DNA of 64,000 bases from Felis catus (GCF_018350175.1 NC_058368.1:50965815-51029814), one strand, 5' to 3'; counted from the stretch's first letter, positions 25,360 through 38,800 are shown. Made by a program: numbers and translations. The notes: generated by a model not told the origin, from the sequence alone.

Positions 25360-27199
25360 TTCTTTAAAACTCGAGAAATTTTAACCCCAAAGGACAATAA
25401 AACATTTCTTTTATATTTAAAAATAAAAATATAAAATATAAACGAAGCACAATTTTCACCCTTTGAGCCTTGTGTTGAGGTCTTTACCAATGAACAGCTG
25501 GAGAGCATTAAAAGCTTTGTGAATATTTTCTTACCTTCTAGAACAAAAGATGTTAAACTGCCAAGGGAGGTTTGGTGACTTATGAAGTATCCTGCATCAT
25601 GATTGGTTCATCACTGGTTCATCAGCTGCAAAACTGGTTCATAAAGGCCAAAAATGAAGTGTTACTATTGAATGAATTTCCACATTTTCATAATAACGTT
25701 GTTAACTTGTCATGCTTTTCAAAACTTGCCTCTGCGTTCCTCACTTTTATAGTCAATATTTAAGCGGGATCATAATTCTGGGAGGATTCAGACTCTGGGG
25801 AACAAGGGAAAATCGGGTAAAGAGCATTATATCCCATAAGTCACATATACTTTAGGGAAGCCAAGAGGAGAGACAGTCAGCAAAATAAAACCAGATGTGA
25901 ATTTGATATGATGATACCAGGCCTTCCAATAGGAAGAGCACTTTCAAATACACATTTTTTTTTCTTGGAATCAGTTGCATCACGGAATAAGTGAAACACT
26001 GAGCATCTCTTGCCCAAAAAGAATTACATGAAGCCCACACAGGGCTTTTGAAAATTCATTTACATTTGAATGATGCAAATTGTAATTTAGTATAATAAAG
26101 TCTGGAACTGAGAGAGAGAAATCATAGGAACAACTTGACTTCCAGTCAAATCTAATCCTAGTCCTCATCTGAACATGCTACCTTCAGTCAACATGTCCCA
26201 TCAGAGATGTTTTTTCTGTAAAACAAGTCATATCCTTCCTAATCCTGCCACACCCGCCCATCAGTGATAGGATCAAATGTGGTCTACAGATGTGGTTATT
26301 TCCACATAAGGTATTCTCAGAGATTCCTCGTGAACAACAGATGTTTCTGTCTGAGGCTTCTTTGGTACGACAGATACAGCATAATCATGCCACAATAAGA
26401 GTGAAGCTCTCTACGATATGTTCAGGTTCTGATATAGAATTAGCAGAGTAACAAGTCTGTATCAACAAAAGACCGTATCTTTGCTGGACGAAACACTGTT
26501 CACCAGTTGTAGACTGGTAGACTACAAACAACTATAAACACACCTCCCTACTTTCAAATACAAATAGCATAACAGCGCAAGAAAGGTTGTCTGATCTTTC
26601 CTCAGAATAGTTAACTCGTGTAATTGCTAAGCCTGAATATGACAACGTAGGGAGGAGGACTAAGGCATCACAATGTGGGGAGAGCATGAAGGGGAAACGC
26701 CATTTTTCTTCACTGTGCATGTACGTTCGGTCACTGCAGCAGGGTACTGCCCCCTGAAGCTGAACTTACATTTGAAAAAACACTTCAATAAAAAGTATGA
26801 TTTTATAGTCTCTTTATCAACTTTCAGACTTCAGAGAGTCTTAGATGTCACCTAGCATAACCACCCAGCGCCCTCCAGTCATGACTTGGGTCTTAGCTGG
26901 TGGGCAGCACGGCTCCCTCTGACAGAGAGGCAGCTAAGGATGCATTGAAGTAATTATATCCTGTGTTGTGTTCCTACTCTATGAAAATACTCCCATGAAC
27001 GAAAGCAGAATTGGACTTCCACAAAGTTCCTCGGGAGCAGCACAAACTGAATCTAGTCTTTCTTTAAAAAGACTGAAAGGCACACTACTCCACCCTGGAA
27101 AGGAGCTGTTCCCCTCAGAGCCAAAGTTGGTCCATTCACGCAACCTTTCCTCACGCGATGGCTGTGGAGACTAAGCATCCTGGCCTACCCTCTCTCTGA

Positions 27200-27720
27200 T
27201 ACACCCACCTCCCAACCTCTGGTTCCTCCACCCACCCTTTCGTGTTTGGGTTTTCTCATGTTCCTTCCTTCCCTCCTTTCTCTTCTCAAACCACATGCTC
27301 CCAGATGTCGCATAGATGAACACTACTCATTCTGAATCTTCAGTGCAGATTTCTGTTTCCAGCTCAAGTCCTAACCGAACCACGTGCACAGATCAGACAC
27401 GTCTCAATCTCCAAGTGCCAAAGCGGCATCTTTCCTCTGCAGCCGCTACCTCAATGAATGGAATTTACACTTTTGAGTCCTAATAAACAAACTTCCCCGT
27501 CAATACGCCCTTCCAATAAATCCATTTCCTAGAACATCCTCGAATTCTCTTCCCTCTTCTCCATCCTCCCCCTGCCACTTTCACTCAGGTCATTGCCATT
27601 TCTGGCCCATTTCCCTCACTGTGGCCGGAGCGATCTTCCCAAAACCCAAGCATATCCCGTCATCTTAATCACACAAAAGAAACCATATCTAACTAAACTC
27701 CCTTTCATGTCATGTAAAAG
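27200..27720 (+). mobile_element. Highly decayed L2 fragment
   Basis: Pyrimidine-rich; CTCTTCTCCATCCTCCCCTGCCACT-type L2 words. Confidence 0.45.
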
Positions 27721-27773
27721 TACACTTACCGACCATATTTTATAGACAAAAAATATGCATATAAATGGCATTC

Positions 27774-28203
27774 TTTTTTTTTTAATTGAAGTATGATTGA
27801 TATACAATGTTAGATTAGTTTCAGGTGTGCAACATAGTGATTCAACATTTACACACATTACAAAATGATCACGATGATAAGTCTAGTTACCATCTGTCAC
27901 CATGCAAAATTGTTATAGTACTGACCATATTCTCTATGCTGTACTTTACATCCCTATGACTTATTTATTTTATAACTGGAAGTTTGTACCTCCTAATTTC
28001 CTTCACCGATTTCACCCATCCCCCCCACACTCCTCTCCTCTGGCAACCACCAGTTTGTTCTCCATATTTATGAGTCTATTTCTGTTTTGTTTTGTTTGTT
28101 CACTTGTTTTGCAAATTCCACATATAAACACCATACGGTGTTTGTCTTTCTCTGACTTCTTTCACTTAGCGTTAATACCCTCTATGTCCATCAATGTTGT
28201 CAC
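27774..28203 (-). mobile_element. L1 3' UTR fragment (L1MA9/L1_Carn-type)
   Basis: TTAATTGAAGTATGATTGATATACAATGTTAGATTAGTTTCAGGTGTGCAACATAGTGATTC. Confidence 0.9.
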
Positions 28204-29126
28204 TACATTGTATTCTTTTCAAGAAGAGGTTTGAGTTAAACAAAAGAAACAGTTGTCAGAAAGGAAGAGAGGCAGCTTTACAAAACATTTCCACACAGCT
28301 CATCAGTTCTAAGCTGTTAGTTGACGGTAAACATATGGGAGGAAACTACAATATAAGACAGAGATTTAAGAGCCCCATAAAAAAATACCCATATTTTAAA
28401 TAAGACACTTCCCAGACCCTCATACCTGGGTAAAATCAAAGGACATGTTCTGAGATGCCTTTCAGTTTTTAAGAAAGAAGTTAATCTTCCATTTCCCCCA
28501 TCAATAATAACTCTGTGGTACTTTTACACCTGTCCACTCACACACATTACAGGGGGGTTCAGATCGAGTTCTCTAGCAGGGATAAATGCTCTGGGTTGAA
28601 GAGTTTGAAACGATTGTGATTCAATCACAGAAACAGAAAACTACCTTACATCCTCTTCATGAGGAAGGTTAACTTCTGTATTGTATGAATTGTCCATCAT
28701 GAAGAGCTTCTCATGAGAAATGAAAGTGGATTCTGTTAACGGAATTAAACACAAAGCAGAGTGATTTAATTATACATTCGTAGGCTCCGCAAATTGGCTC
28801 TGTCTTTTCTTGGCTCTTCCAGTTTTCAATAAATACACACTAAGAGTCACAACTTTGGAGTTTCTTGACAATTCCCAAACAAAATATTTAGATTCATTCA
28901 TTTCTCTAAATTTACTTAGAGAAAAATGTTTAAAGGATGATGATGGACTGGACCTAGCCACATTCCAGGTAAGCAGGATATCTCAAATTTTCAAATTCAC
29001 TTATTTATTTTTGACAAAATCCACAGTATATTCTCATTTACAGTAGTGTAAAATTAAAGGAAAAGTTCTTTTTTAGTATTGGTATTTGACCTTGAAGGTT
29101 AATAAACTCTCTAAAAACAAAAACAA

Positions 29127-29322
29127 GGGGCGCCGGGTGGCTCAGTTGGTTAAGCGTCCGACCTTGGCTCAGGTCATGATCTCCCAGTCCATGAGTTCAA
29201 GCCCCGTGTCGGGCTCTGTGCTGACAGCTCAGAGCCTGGAGCCTGCTTCAGATTCTGTGTCTCCCTCTCACTCTCTCTGCCCCTCCATCACTCTCTCTCT
29301 CTAAATAAATAAATAAACTTTA
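29127..29322 (+). mobile_element. Felid CAN-SINE
   Basis: Head GGGGCGCCGGGTGGCTCAG, CT tract, (AAAT)n tail. Confidence 0.94.
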
Positions 29323-31374
29323 AAGAAAGCAGAAATATTTTGATTGAGATTTTTATTTTTCATTGTCCTTCCATGCTTTGGAATCTTATCAAGATCCTGT
29401 TATAAATCTGCAAACTCACAGGTGTTGCCAGCAGCCCCTTAGATAGGTTGATCTTTGCTAAGCATAATTTTAAAGAATCGTTTTTAAAATGGGCCCATTA
29501 GCAGATCTTATTTGAATTCAATTTTCATAGTTCTGTTAATAATCAGAACACATGCTTTGGTTGCCATATCTCAAGCTCTTCAACCTCCCCAGAGACTCGT
29601 AAGGGTGGATACATTTATGGCCAAGTCACTACCCTGCCTGGCTACCCAAACAAGATGATTTGGGCCAAAAGCATATAGAAAAATGAGGTTTGGTTCTCTT
29701 TCAAAAAAGGAAAATTAATCGCTATACTTTTTGTTCTAATTATGGCCATAACATGATTTCTTTTTATCCTCACCAGGAACTTGGAGACTATTTCAGATGC
29801 GACAGAAAACTTGAAGAAAAAAAAAATGCAATAGGAGAGCCATCCTGAAACATGACATTAGTACAACGTCAATTCTCTACCTAAATGCAACCAAAAAGAT
29901 GAGGACAATATCTTTCTACGGTGGATAAAAATAAATAAATAAAACTAGTGAGTGAAAAGGAAAGCACTCCGAGAAGATGCGTTTACAGAGGATTAACCTC
30001 TGCAAGGCTAATAAGATAGGGAAGGAAATGATAAGGAATTAAGACTGCATTTCTCCCTGCTGAGCCAGAGATAACTGCATCACCGCCAAGAATTTGTGTA
30101 TGTGTTGCCTTCTATGAAAATCTATAGATATTTTTGCCCTATTTTTATGCATGTAGAATATGAACATTTTAAACACCACAAAACAGCTTTAATTGCAGAT
30201 ATTTTATTTAACTTTAACCTTTTAACAGGATCCATACTCATTAAGATTTCATCTCTATATTTCAGCTCTCCGTTTAAGGCCCCTGGTACGTATGTCAATC
30301 CACGGCTATCTAGAGCATTAACTGAAAATGTCAAAAGTGTAATTCTTCATTACAGCAGAAATAGAATTATAAAAATTAGATCTTCCAATTACAAATGACA
30401 TTTACCACTCCAATCGAGGTTAGCCTTACATGTGGTTGGGGTCAGAGGGCGAAGGAGAATCAGCCTGTACTCCAAAATAACTCCAGCACAGGTCTACCAT
30501 TGAGGTTTTGTTTCTACCTTTAGTAAATTCTTCCATCATCTTGGTTCTGAGTCATAGTAGCCACAATAATAGCTGTACTTTATTTCAGATTTTCTGTGCA
30601 CCAAATACTGTGTTCAGCTCTTAACAATTGACCTAAAGGAGTCCTGAAGTCTGGACTAAAATCAGACTGGACTCCACGTATTTGAACCCTGGCTCTTGGG
30701 AAAACTCCCTAACCTTGCTAAACTTCTGTTTTCTCAAGTGTGAAATGGGTTTGATTGTATCTATATCGTAAGATTGCTGTAAAAACGATGAGAGATGACC
30801 AAGAAAATTAAGGATTTTTCCTAAGATCACACTCAACTAAAGAAATGGAAGAATCCAATTCAAACCTAGTTCTGACAGCTCCAAATTTCCAAGTTCCCAT
30901 AACTTTCCACTGTATCACACCACCGCTGAGGGTGGCCAGGATGTCATACAGACAGAAGGTACTGAAGAGGAGCAAGATACCAACACGAGCAGTATTTCTA
31001 TTCCTGAGAGGAAATCCAGACCTGTGAGGTCCTGGGACAACCTAAAGCAGACAGACCCTGTTTGATGCTCAAACTATAGGAACTTCTATTGGTGACATGT
31101 TGTTGGGTTGTACATACCACGGGGGTGGAGGAGTTTCTGACCAACAGTGCCTGACACACCATAGGAAATACACACACACACACATAGGATTGAGGGTAAA
31201 TAATGAGTCAACTAATGAACTCTAAGAAATTCTATATAAGAAAGAGAAATACTCCTTCTTGCAGTGAAACATTTCACATCCCTTTCTCAACCTCAGCACC
31301 CTTCAAACACCCGGATACCTACATTTTATGACAGAAGATGAGGGGTACAATTGAAGCTGGGATGAGTTATGGTT

Positions 31375-31510
31375 CCTCTTGATTGTAAGCTCCATCAAGG
31401 TGGGATGATCATCAGTTTTTGTGACCACCGTACTCATACCAGCCAGCACATGCTGAGTTAACACTCAGTCAGTACTTCTTGAATTGAATTGGATTGAATT
31501 GAATTGAATC
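31375..31510 (+). mobile_element. L2 3' end with (AATTG)n tail
   Basis: GATTGTAAGCTCCATCAAGGTGGG followed by TTGAATTGAATTG repeats. Confidence 0.65.
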
Positions 31511-31803
31511 AAATTGCTACTGTGATCTTCCTCCACAGCACACAGATATTTGACCCTCTTGTTTTGTCTTGAACTCTCAACGTCTAGCAGTATGTAATTT
31601 GACATACATTTGGATCCTATCCACATTAAGCATCTGCAAGGCAAAGACCCAAAGCCACACAGATCAGACATATCAACTCAGGGAAAATGGAAACATCCCA
31701 CATCAAAGGCATGTGCATTCGTTTAAATGGCTCTGTTTAATATATAAGATAATGCAACTTGACTGGGGAGGTGTGATATTACATGATACTAATCTGGATT
31801 TAA

Positions 31804-32010
31804 ATTTTTTTAATGCTTATTTTTATTTTTGAGAGAGACAGAGAGCAGGAGCAGGGGAGGGGCAGAAAGAGAGGGGGACACAGAATCTGAAGCAGGCTCC
31901 AGGCTCCCAGCTATCAGCACAGAGCCTGATGCGGGGCTTGAATCATGAACCTGAGATCACGACCTGAGCCGAAGTCGGACACTTAACTGACTGAGCCACG
32001 TAGGCACCCC
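31804..32010 (-). mobile_element. Felid CAN-SINE
   Basis: TSD TACTAATCTGGATTTAA at 31787-31803 and 32013-32029. Confidence 0.95.
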
Positions 32011-32094
32011 GGTACTAATCTGGATTTAAGATAGACTTTCCTCCTTCATGAAATCCAGAAAGAGTCTCACAGTGGTTTTTTTCTTTGTAAGACA

Positions 32095-32325
32095 TCACAG
32101 TCATCTGAAGACTTGACTGGGACAAAGGATTCATTTTCAAGGTGGTTTACTCACAAGCTGGTTCTCTTTGTCAGGGTCAGTTTCTCCAGAGGTGCAGGCC
32201 CCCTTATCATGGTGCCTGGTTTCCTCTGGCTTTACGTGGTCCAAAAGAGCAAGGTGGGAGCTGTGATCTTGTATGACTGAGCCCCAAAGCCACATGCCAT
32301 CACTTTGCATCTTTGATACCATTTG
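32095..32325 (-). mobile_element. MLT1 (MaLR) LTR fragment
   Basis: TCATCTGAAGACTTGACTGGG...TTCAAGGTGGTTTACTCACA...CACATGCCATCACTTTGC. Confidence 0.65.
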
Positions 32326-32635
32326 GCAGGTTACCTACCACAGCTTTTCTCCCTAAAGTTAAGTTGAGGAAGCCAAAATCACATCGTTCATATGGCTATA
32401 TAATTTCTGTAAAGCTTTTTAGAAATACACATCAAAAACCTTAACAATGTTTATATTCTTTGATGGAATAATTCCGCCTCTCAGGATCCATCCCAAAGAA
32501 ATAGTCACAAATGCCAAGAAACACTTGTATTATGAGAGAAAAAAGGTTTTGTTGTTGTTGTTGTTGTTGTTTTTATAAATACATAAAAGTTATAAATAAA
32601 AGACCCAGAATAACAAAATGGTTAATTAAATTCAG

Positions 32636-33258
32636 GTGCATCCCTTGATGCTAAGATTCACCTTTTCCCACATTTTCACATCTCTGAACTTGGAATATGT
32701 CTTAGAGTAGTCAGCACCTTATTATCCCCAGCAGACACGCAGTAGGCAAAGAGTAGCTGTCAGTGCCATGAACTTGGTCACAGATGTTCATCTTCTCATT
32801 ACCTCAGCTGAATCATGTACTTTGTTGGTACCACACATGTTGATTTCACTGCTACTTAAAACATCTTCCAAGTAACACTTTGATTCAGCATTGAGATGAA
32901 AAGTTTTGTGTACACAAAAAGGCATGTAAACAGAAGGGCAGGGGGTCAGGTTTCTTATTAATGAGGCAAATATTCATCACAGGAGGAATGATCACTTCCA
33001 GATTTTGTTCCAAAGCAAGCAAATCATGTAGGTACTTAATAAAACATAGGTAGACGAAACTGTGTACATTTTGTTTTGTGAGGCATGCACTGTGTATATA
33101 TCTTCCATATGCCACACAACGCAACTGAAGGCAAAAAATTGCCAAATCCCTGGATGAGATCAAAGAAATATTAAAGCTTTAAAAGGCTGGTGTGACCAAC
33201 AAATGTTTCGTGTAAGACGATCATTAAGGATTTGTGTCACAGCTTAATTCCAAACAAT
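32636..33258 (+). mobile_element. Tigger13a-like TcMar DNA transposon with decayed transposase HTH segment
   Basis: Start CACATTTTCACATCTCTGAACTTGGAATATGTCTTA resembles recalled Tigger13a; 33120-33230 is a frameshifted QLKA...IAKSL...KGWCD...SLR pattern typical of pogo/CENP-B-type DNA-binding domains. Confidence 0.7.
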
Positions 33259-33260
33259 TT

Positions 33261-33465
33261 GGGGGCGTTTGGGTGGCTCAGTTGGTTAACCGTCCAACTC
33301 TTGACTTAGGCTCAGATCACGATCTCACGGTTCATGAGACCGAGCGCCATATCAGGCTATGCACTGAGTGTGGAGCCTACTTAGAATTCTCTCTCTCCTT
33401 CTCTCTCTGTCCCTCCCCCATTTACTCTCTCTCTCTCTCTCAAAATAAATAAACATTTTTAAAAA
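33261..33465 (+). mobile_element. CAN-SINE, older subfamily
   Basis: Diverged head with CCAACTCTTGACTTAGGCTCAG, CT tract, A tail. Confidence 0.92.
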
Positions 33466-36261
33466 TAATGATGATATTTACAAATATTAAAAACAGAGAT
33501 GGAACTGTACCCTCCCAGCACTTATAACTTCCTTTGTGACCCGTTGCTGTTATCTACCTAAACCTTTTTTTTAATCCGTTTGTATTTCATATCTTTCTTC
33601 TTCTGTGAGAAGTACATTCTCTAGATTCACAAGCTTCAAGTTCTCCCTCCTGCAGCATGGTGCTCGCGGGATCGGGCCAGTGCATGTCAATGCAACCTAT
33701 ATTCTTCACACTTTTGTGATCTGTAATAAACCTTTTGCAGGCTTTGCTATTCCAGCCACAAATGCTGGTTTATTAGTTTTTTTCTCCAAATATTGAAACT
33801 CTTTCAGAAAACTTAAGGACCTTTCCAGTACTTAATCATTATTCTGACCTCCCCACCCTAAGCCATTCTGAGAGCAGGTCTACAGCAAGCCAAGTATATG
33901 CCCAACTTATTTTTCCAGTTGTGACATCTTTCCATGTTTTTCCTATATGACAGAAACTAAGAGGAATAAAAGAGTAAATACATCTTTTCCTGGGCATTTG
34001 AGTGATCAAAGGGCCTTTTACCTGGCATAGTTTGCAACCATGGGCTTTTGGATAGTAACTTTAACTTAATCTTTCTCTCTGCCTTGGATCTTTCTAAGTT
34101 TTATTGCATTTGCAAAATCCAGCTTTTTCTTCTTTTCTCCCTCTCACTCTTCTTCTACAGCCAAAACAAATTGTGATCAATTGCCAGAGGCAATCTTGGA
34201 TTGCAAACAGGAAGCAGGATGGATCCCCACTTGCCATGTTTGGGCTCTTCATCATCAACGCTGACAGAAGACTTCCCCCAAAGCAGCATATCCATTTGTC
34301 TCTGCAGTTAGCAAGTTTCCACCCTTGTGCCTCATACATTCTTCTGTCACTTACCAAATCTGATGTGATCCCGCTGAAGATGTGGTAAGGGTATCAGAGT
34401 ATCACCCATCAATTCTACCGTCAAGGCCACCATGCCCCAAACTACGCTCTCCCACTGGCACCACCGATCAGCCAAGTCCCTAAATCCAAAGTTATTACCA
34501 GAAGTTGTTTACATTTACTTTCTCCTACAGGTAAATTCATCTGACAGTATAATTTCAACCCATTTACGCATTTAACCTGCAGCCCATAAGCACGTTCGAC
34601 TGCCTGTCTGTGTCCTACTCCCATCCCCAACGAGTTCAAATAATAAATACATAAAATCAGGCTTTCATGCTACACATTTACACCTAATAATAACTATGTC
34701 TGAATTGGTCTGAGATTGAAGTTCAAGACTTATTTTGCTGGAGCTAGACTTTTCCCAGACACTTGGACACAGAGGCACAGCGGAGTAAGACGAGACGCAG
34801 GGGCGCCACAGTAATAGAGAGCTCATTTCAAATCAGAGACACAGCACATCTGCTTGGTGCAGGGAGAGGCTCATCCAGGACACAGATTTGGGGGAGGAGG
34901 CAGAAGGGTCTGCTAGAAGTGTCTCGTCACCATTACATTAAGACCTAGACTTTGTAAAGTCAGAATTTGCCAAAAATAGTCATAGAAGGATATATTTCAT
35001 TGCTCTGTCATGTGTGAGACGTTCATTAGCATTTCATGCAGGCAGGCAGAAAATTTCTGGAGAAGCGGAGAAATCACATTCCCAGCTCATTCCCCACGAA
35101 GCACGGCAAATTTGGCATTTCTGCGCAGGAGGAAACCATACCCTGCTGGCAACAGACTCATCATCAACCCAACTCACAATGAAAACACAAAGAAAGCAAA
35201 ACACCCCTGCATCTTTATTGCTCTCAGTACCTGGTGAGTATTTATCAGACTCAGGAACATTTCCTGGAATCATTACATCAAGTCTCTTTTCACCTGAAGT
35301 ACCATGCTCCCTACCTGAATTCCGTGCAATTCATTGGAACAGAGGTATAATTAGCTTCTTTAATGATCAACATACCAGGAATCTGAAAAAGTGGGGAAGG
35401 AGAGGAGGAATGGCCTTATTGTGGCCAGAGCCCCGGGGGGAGGCTGGATGTCATCTGTGCCTCGGCCCCATTCGCTCCACCCTTTTCCAGAGTGGGGTCC
35501 TCTCTAACCTAACAGGCTAAGCTGCCACCCAGCACCAAGTGATAAACAGCCTTGATGCTGAATTTGACTTGCACCTTTGAGGTTATGTTGGTGCTCCTTG
35601 CTCTGCAAGTCTCTCGATCATCTATGGCAACACAGAACTGATGAAGTGCATGAAGGCCAGCACTTCAAATATTTGACCTCACTTTCCATCATACCTTTTA
35701 GCAGAACTGATTAACAAGGAACAAAGTGGGCAGTTTTAAACTTTACCTCTTCCTCCTTTAATGGCCCTGCTTCTGGTGGAAGAGTAATAAACAGCGGCGA
35801 TCTAAAGGCCGTGTGTCCAAGGGGACAGGCTGGATAATCAACGTCTGAATTCTGAGGAGTCCGTTATGCACCTGCACCCACCCGGAAGGGGAAGGCTTTG
35901 TCTCTTCGCGGCCTGGAAGGGCCAGTCTGTGGCCTGAACAGTGCTTTGCATTACAAATTTATGCCGATAGAGAGGACAAAATAAAAAACTATTACACTGT
36001 CTTAAGTGCATGTCTTTGAATTGACTTTCTGTCACCTGCCTCTCAGCGACCTCATGTTGCAGCTGGCAGAAGACTGACTGCCACTGTCACCGTTCCCTCC
36101 ACGCTGACATCTCAGATCATTGCGCCAAACCTCACCACCCTGTCTTTTAATTCTGTGTCAGGATTTATTCTGCCTCATCCAGTCCTAATGGTTCATCACT
36201 GAAAACAATAAAAATCAAAACGAACGACCCGAGAATATTAGTTATCTAAAAATCAAGTTTT

Positions 36262-36722
36262 TTACAGAACATTCAGTGACATGGGGAAATGCTCATATAT
36301 AATGTTAAGTGAAAAAACCAGGAGACAAAATTATGTATATGCAACACGATCTGATTTGATTATATGTATATGCATGTGTGTATAATTCCACAATATTAAT
36401 CTATTTTTAAGTGTTGGTTTATTTATTTTTATTTTTTATTTTTAAATGTTTATTTATTTTTGAGAGAGCACGAGCAGGGGAGGGGCAGAGAGAGAGGGAG
36501 ACAGAGGATCCAAAGTGGGCTCTGAGCTCAAACCGGAACCGTGAGACCATGACCTGAGCTGAAGTCGAACACTCAATGACTGAGCCGCCCAGGCGTCCCC
36601 ACAATATTAATCTTGATCATTTCTTGACAATGTCGTTAAAAGAAATTTTAATTTCCTTCCTTATGCTTTCAAAACTTTACTAAATTGTGCATGTATTATT
36701 TTTATAAGCAGAAAGAAAATAA
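36262..36722 (+). mobile_element. L1ME-type 3' end interrupted by a SINE
   Basis: GACATGGGGAAATGCTCATATATAATGTTAAGTGAAAAAACCAGG and TGCATGTATTATTTTTATAA. Confidence 0.65.
36403..36600 (-). mobile_element. Internally deleted CAN-SINE
   Basis: TSD ACAATATTAATCT at 36390-36402 and 36601-36613; shortened body. Confidence 0.92.
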
Positions 36723-38659
36723 TCTTTTCAAACTGCTCTGCAGATGTAAACTATTCCTCAGCTTAACCCTGTATTTTTATTGTTGATTCATACTATATTC
36801 TACTGCACTAACTTCACAACCCCATCAGCTAGATTCCCAAAGTTCCACCCGCATGGCTCAACTCTGTAGCATCCAGAATGCACAGGAAGCGAGCAGCTGA
36901 CTTATGGGTGACTTCTCAAGACGTCATGTGTCAGGAAGCAGAATGAGCCAGAAGAACTGGCTTCTAGTCCCCATCCTTCCCCTAATAGTAATGCAAGGAC
37001 CTTGGAAATCCCTCTGAGCCAACTTCTCCCATATATGAACTGAAAGGTTGAGCTGGATGACCCAAGGGCCCATCTTGCTTGAAATTTCTGCTTTTCATGA
37101 GCTGCCGGACCTAACTGCCGCAGAAAGTTCCAGTCACCATGAGTGTGAGGTTACTGCAAAGAAGCTCATGAGGCAAATGATTCTCATTCAACAGGAAGTG
37201 GTGAAAGCCAAGAGTCATAAATATCCAAATATATGTGCTGTTTTATCTCAGAACAAATCTCTCAGGCAAAACAAATCTATTTTGCCTGAGAATCATTTGC
37301 CTCAAGAGCAAAACTTTGCAGTAACCTCACACTCATGGTGACTATTTACATTTACAGATGTAAATACAGCCCAAATATCTACAGTAGTGGAAATGGAGGG
37401 TGAAGGAGGGGTTCAGAAAAGAGATCAGTAAGGCAGTCTTTCAAAAACATCAAATTATATAATGTCCCAAACATAGACAAGGAGTTCACTGCACACCCAA
37501 AATTTAAGTATAATAAAGTCTGAATTCACCTGGATCATGAAGTGACTCAAGGATAAATACCAGGAATGATTACAATAACCTGAATCTGGACATTTAGTCA
37601 TAGAAAAGATAACCTTTAACTTGGATGAGATTACTGACATGTTAATTTCTCTTTTTTTTTATGTTAATTTCTTAAAATTATGCAAGTCACACATAAATTC
37701 ACCGTAATATAAAATTCAAACAACATAGATGAACACAGGATAAGAACATGAAAGTTCCCCTCTGGTCTTACCTTCTGGCATCCCACATCTCTGCCCACAG
37801 ATGACCTACATTGTAGACCCTTTCTGTTTTAAATCTTCACACGGTTCTTACCTATCTCTCCCAAAGCACTACAAGAATATCTATAAATATCAGATGTCTT
37901 TGTTCTGTCACATTTAACCAAAAACTTGACAAATTTCTTATTAAAATGAAATCGTTCCTTTTCAAAGAAGAATCCATTCTTTGGATTCTACAATGGATTC
38001 TAACCATTTTTCCCTATCTGTTAATCTTCTTATCTGTAAAATAACAAACAAATCAACATGGATATTAAAGGAAGAAATGCTACTGGGACAGCAAAAACAG
38101 CACAGAAGCCTCTCTGTGTGCACAGCTTCTGACCTCCCAGACACATATGCAGACCTTCACTAGCTCAGACTCTTAAAGCTCCAAAGATGCCCCCAGCTTA
38201 GTTACCATCTGAAAACACATCCAGTCTGTGGGAGCTTCTGGAAAACAGTATCACAGCCCTTCCTTCTCCACCCTTCTTCTCAGTCTCAACTCTTCCTTCT
38301 CTGCAAAACTACTCCCAGGCAGAGCTGCAGTACAAGAAAAATCAGGTATTCTGGAGGAGCAAGAAGCCCAGAGATGCCTCTCAGATTAGAGATCAGTCCC
38401 GAAGCTCTCATTATTTAAATGCTGACATGGAAAATGTATTACTGGAAGCCCAAGTTTGTGGAAAATCTGAAACTCGATGAAGGTTTGAAACTGAAACTCG
38501 ATTGCTTATGTGTGGAGACAATAGAAAATGAAATAATTTAAAAAATGAAATATAGTTAACCAAACAGCACACATCCAAAACATTATTGAGCTCGGAGAAG
38601 GGAAATGATGGGAATGATGCTTTTTTCTTAACACAGAGGAAATATGCTGTATCTACTAA

Positions 38660-38800
38660 TAAGAAATATTTATTGAGTGCTTATTATCCTAAGCATTTTA
38701 CATAAGTTAAACACTTTAATTTCACAACAAACCTACAGGAAAGTATTATTATCATCTCTATTTTAAAGATGAGGAAACTAAAGAACAGAGAGCTAGTAAG
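38660..38800 (-). mobile_element. MIR SINE
   Basis: ATTTATTGAGTGCTTA...ATTTTAAAGATGAGGAAACTAAAGAACAGAGAG. Confidence 0.8.

Noticed and set aside
25535..25625. Minus-strand exon-like segment (TTTTGCAG ... AAG|GTAAGA) beside three TGGTTCAT copies
   Set aside because: Stops in all three frames and no partner exon; such site pairs occur by chance
38468..38502. Short duplications (CTGAAACTCGAT twice; GAACAAAACTCTG twice near 11831-11856)
   Set aside because: Ordinary slippage-scale duplications with only two units; not CRISPR-like arrays
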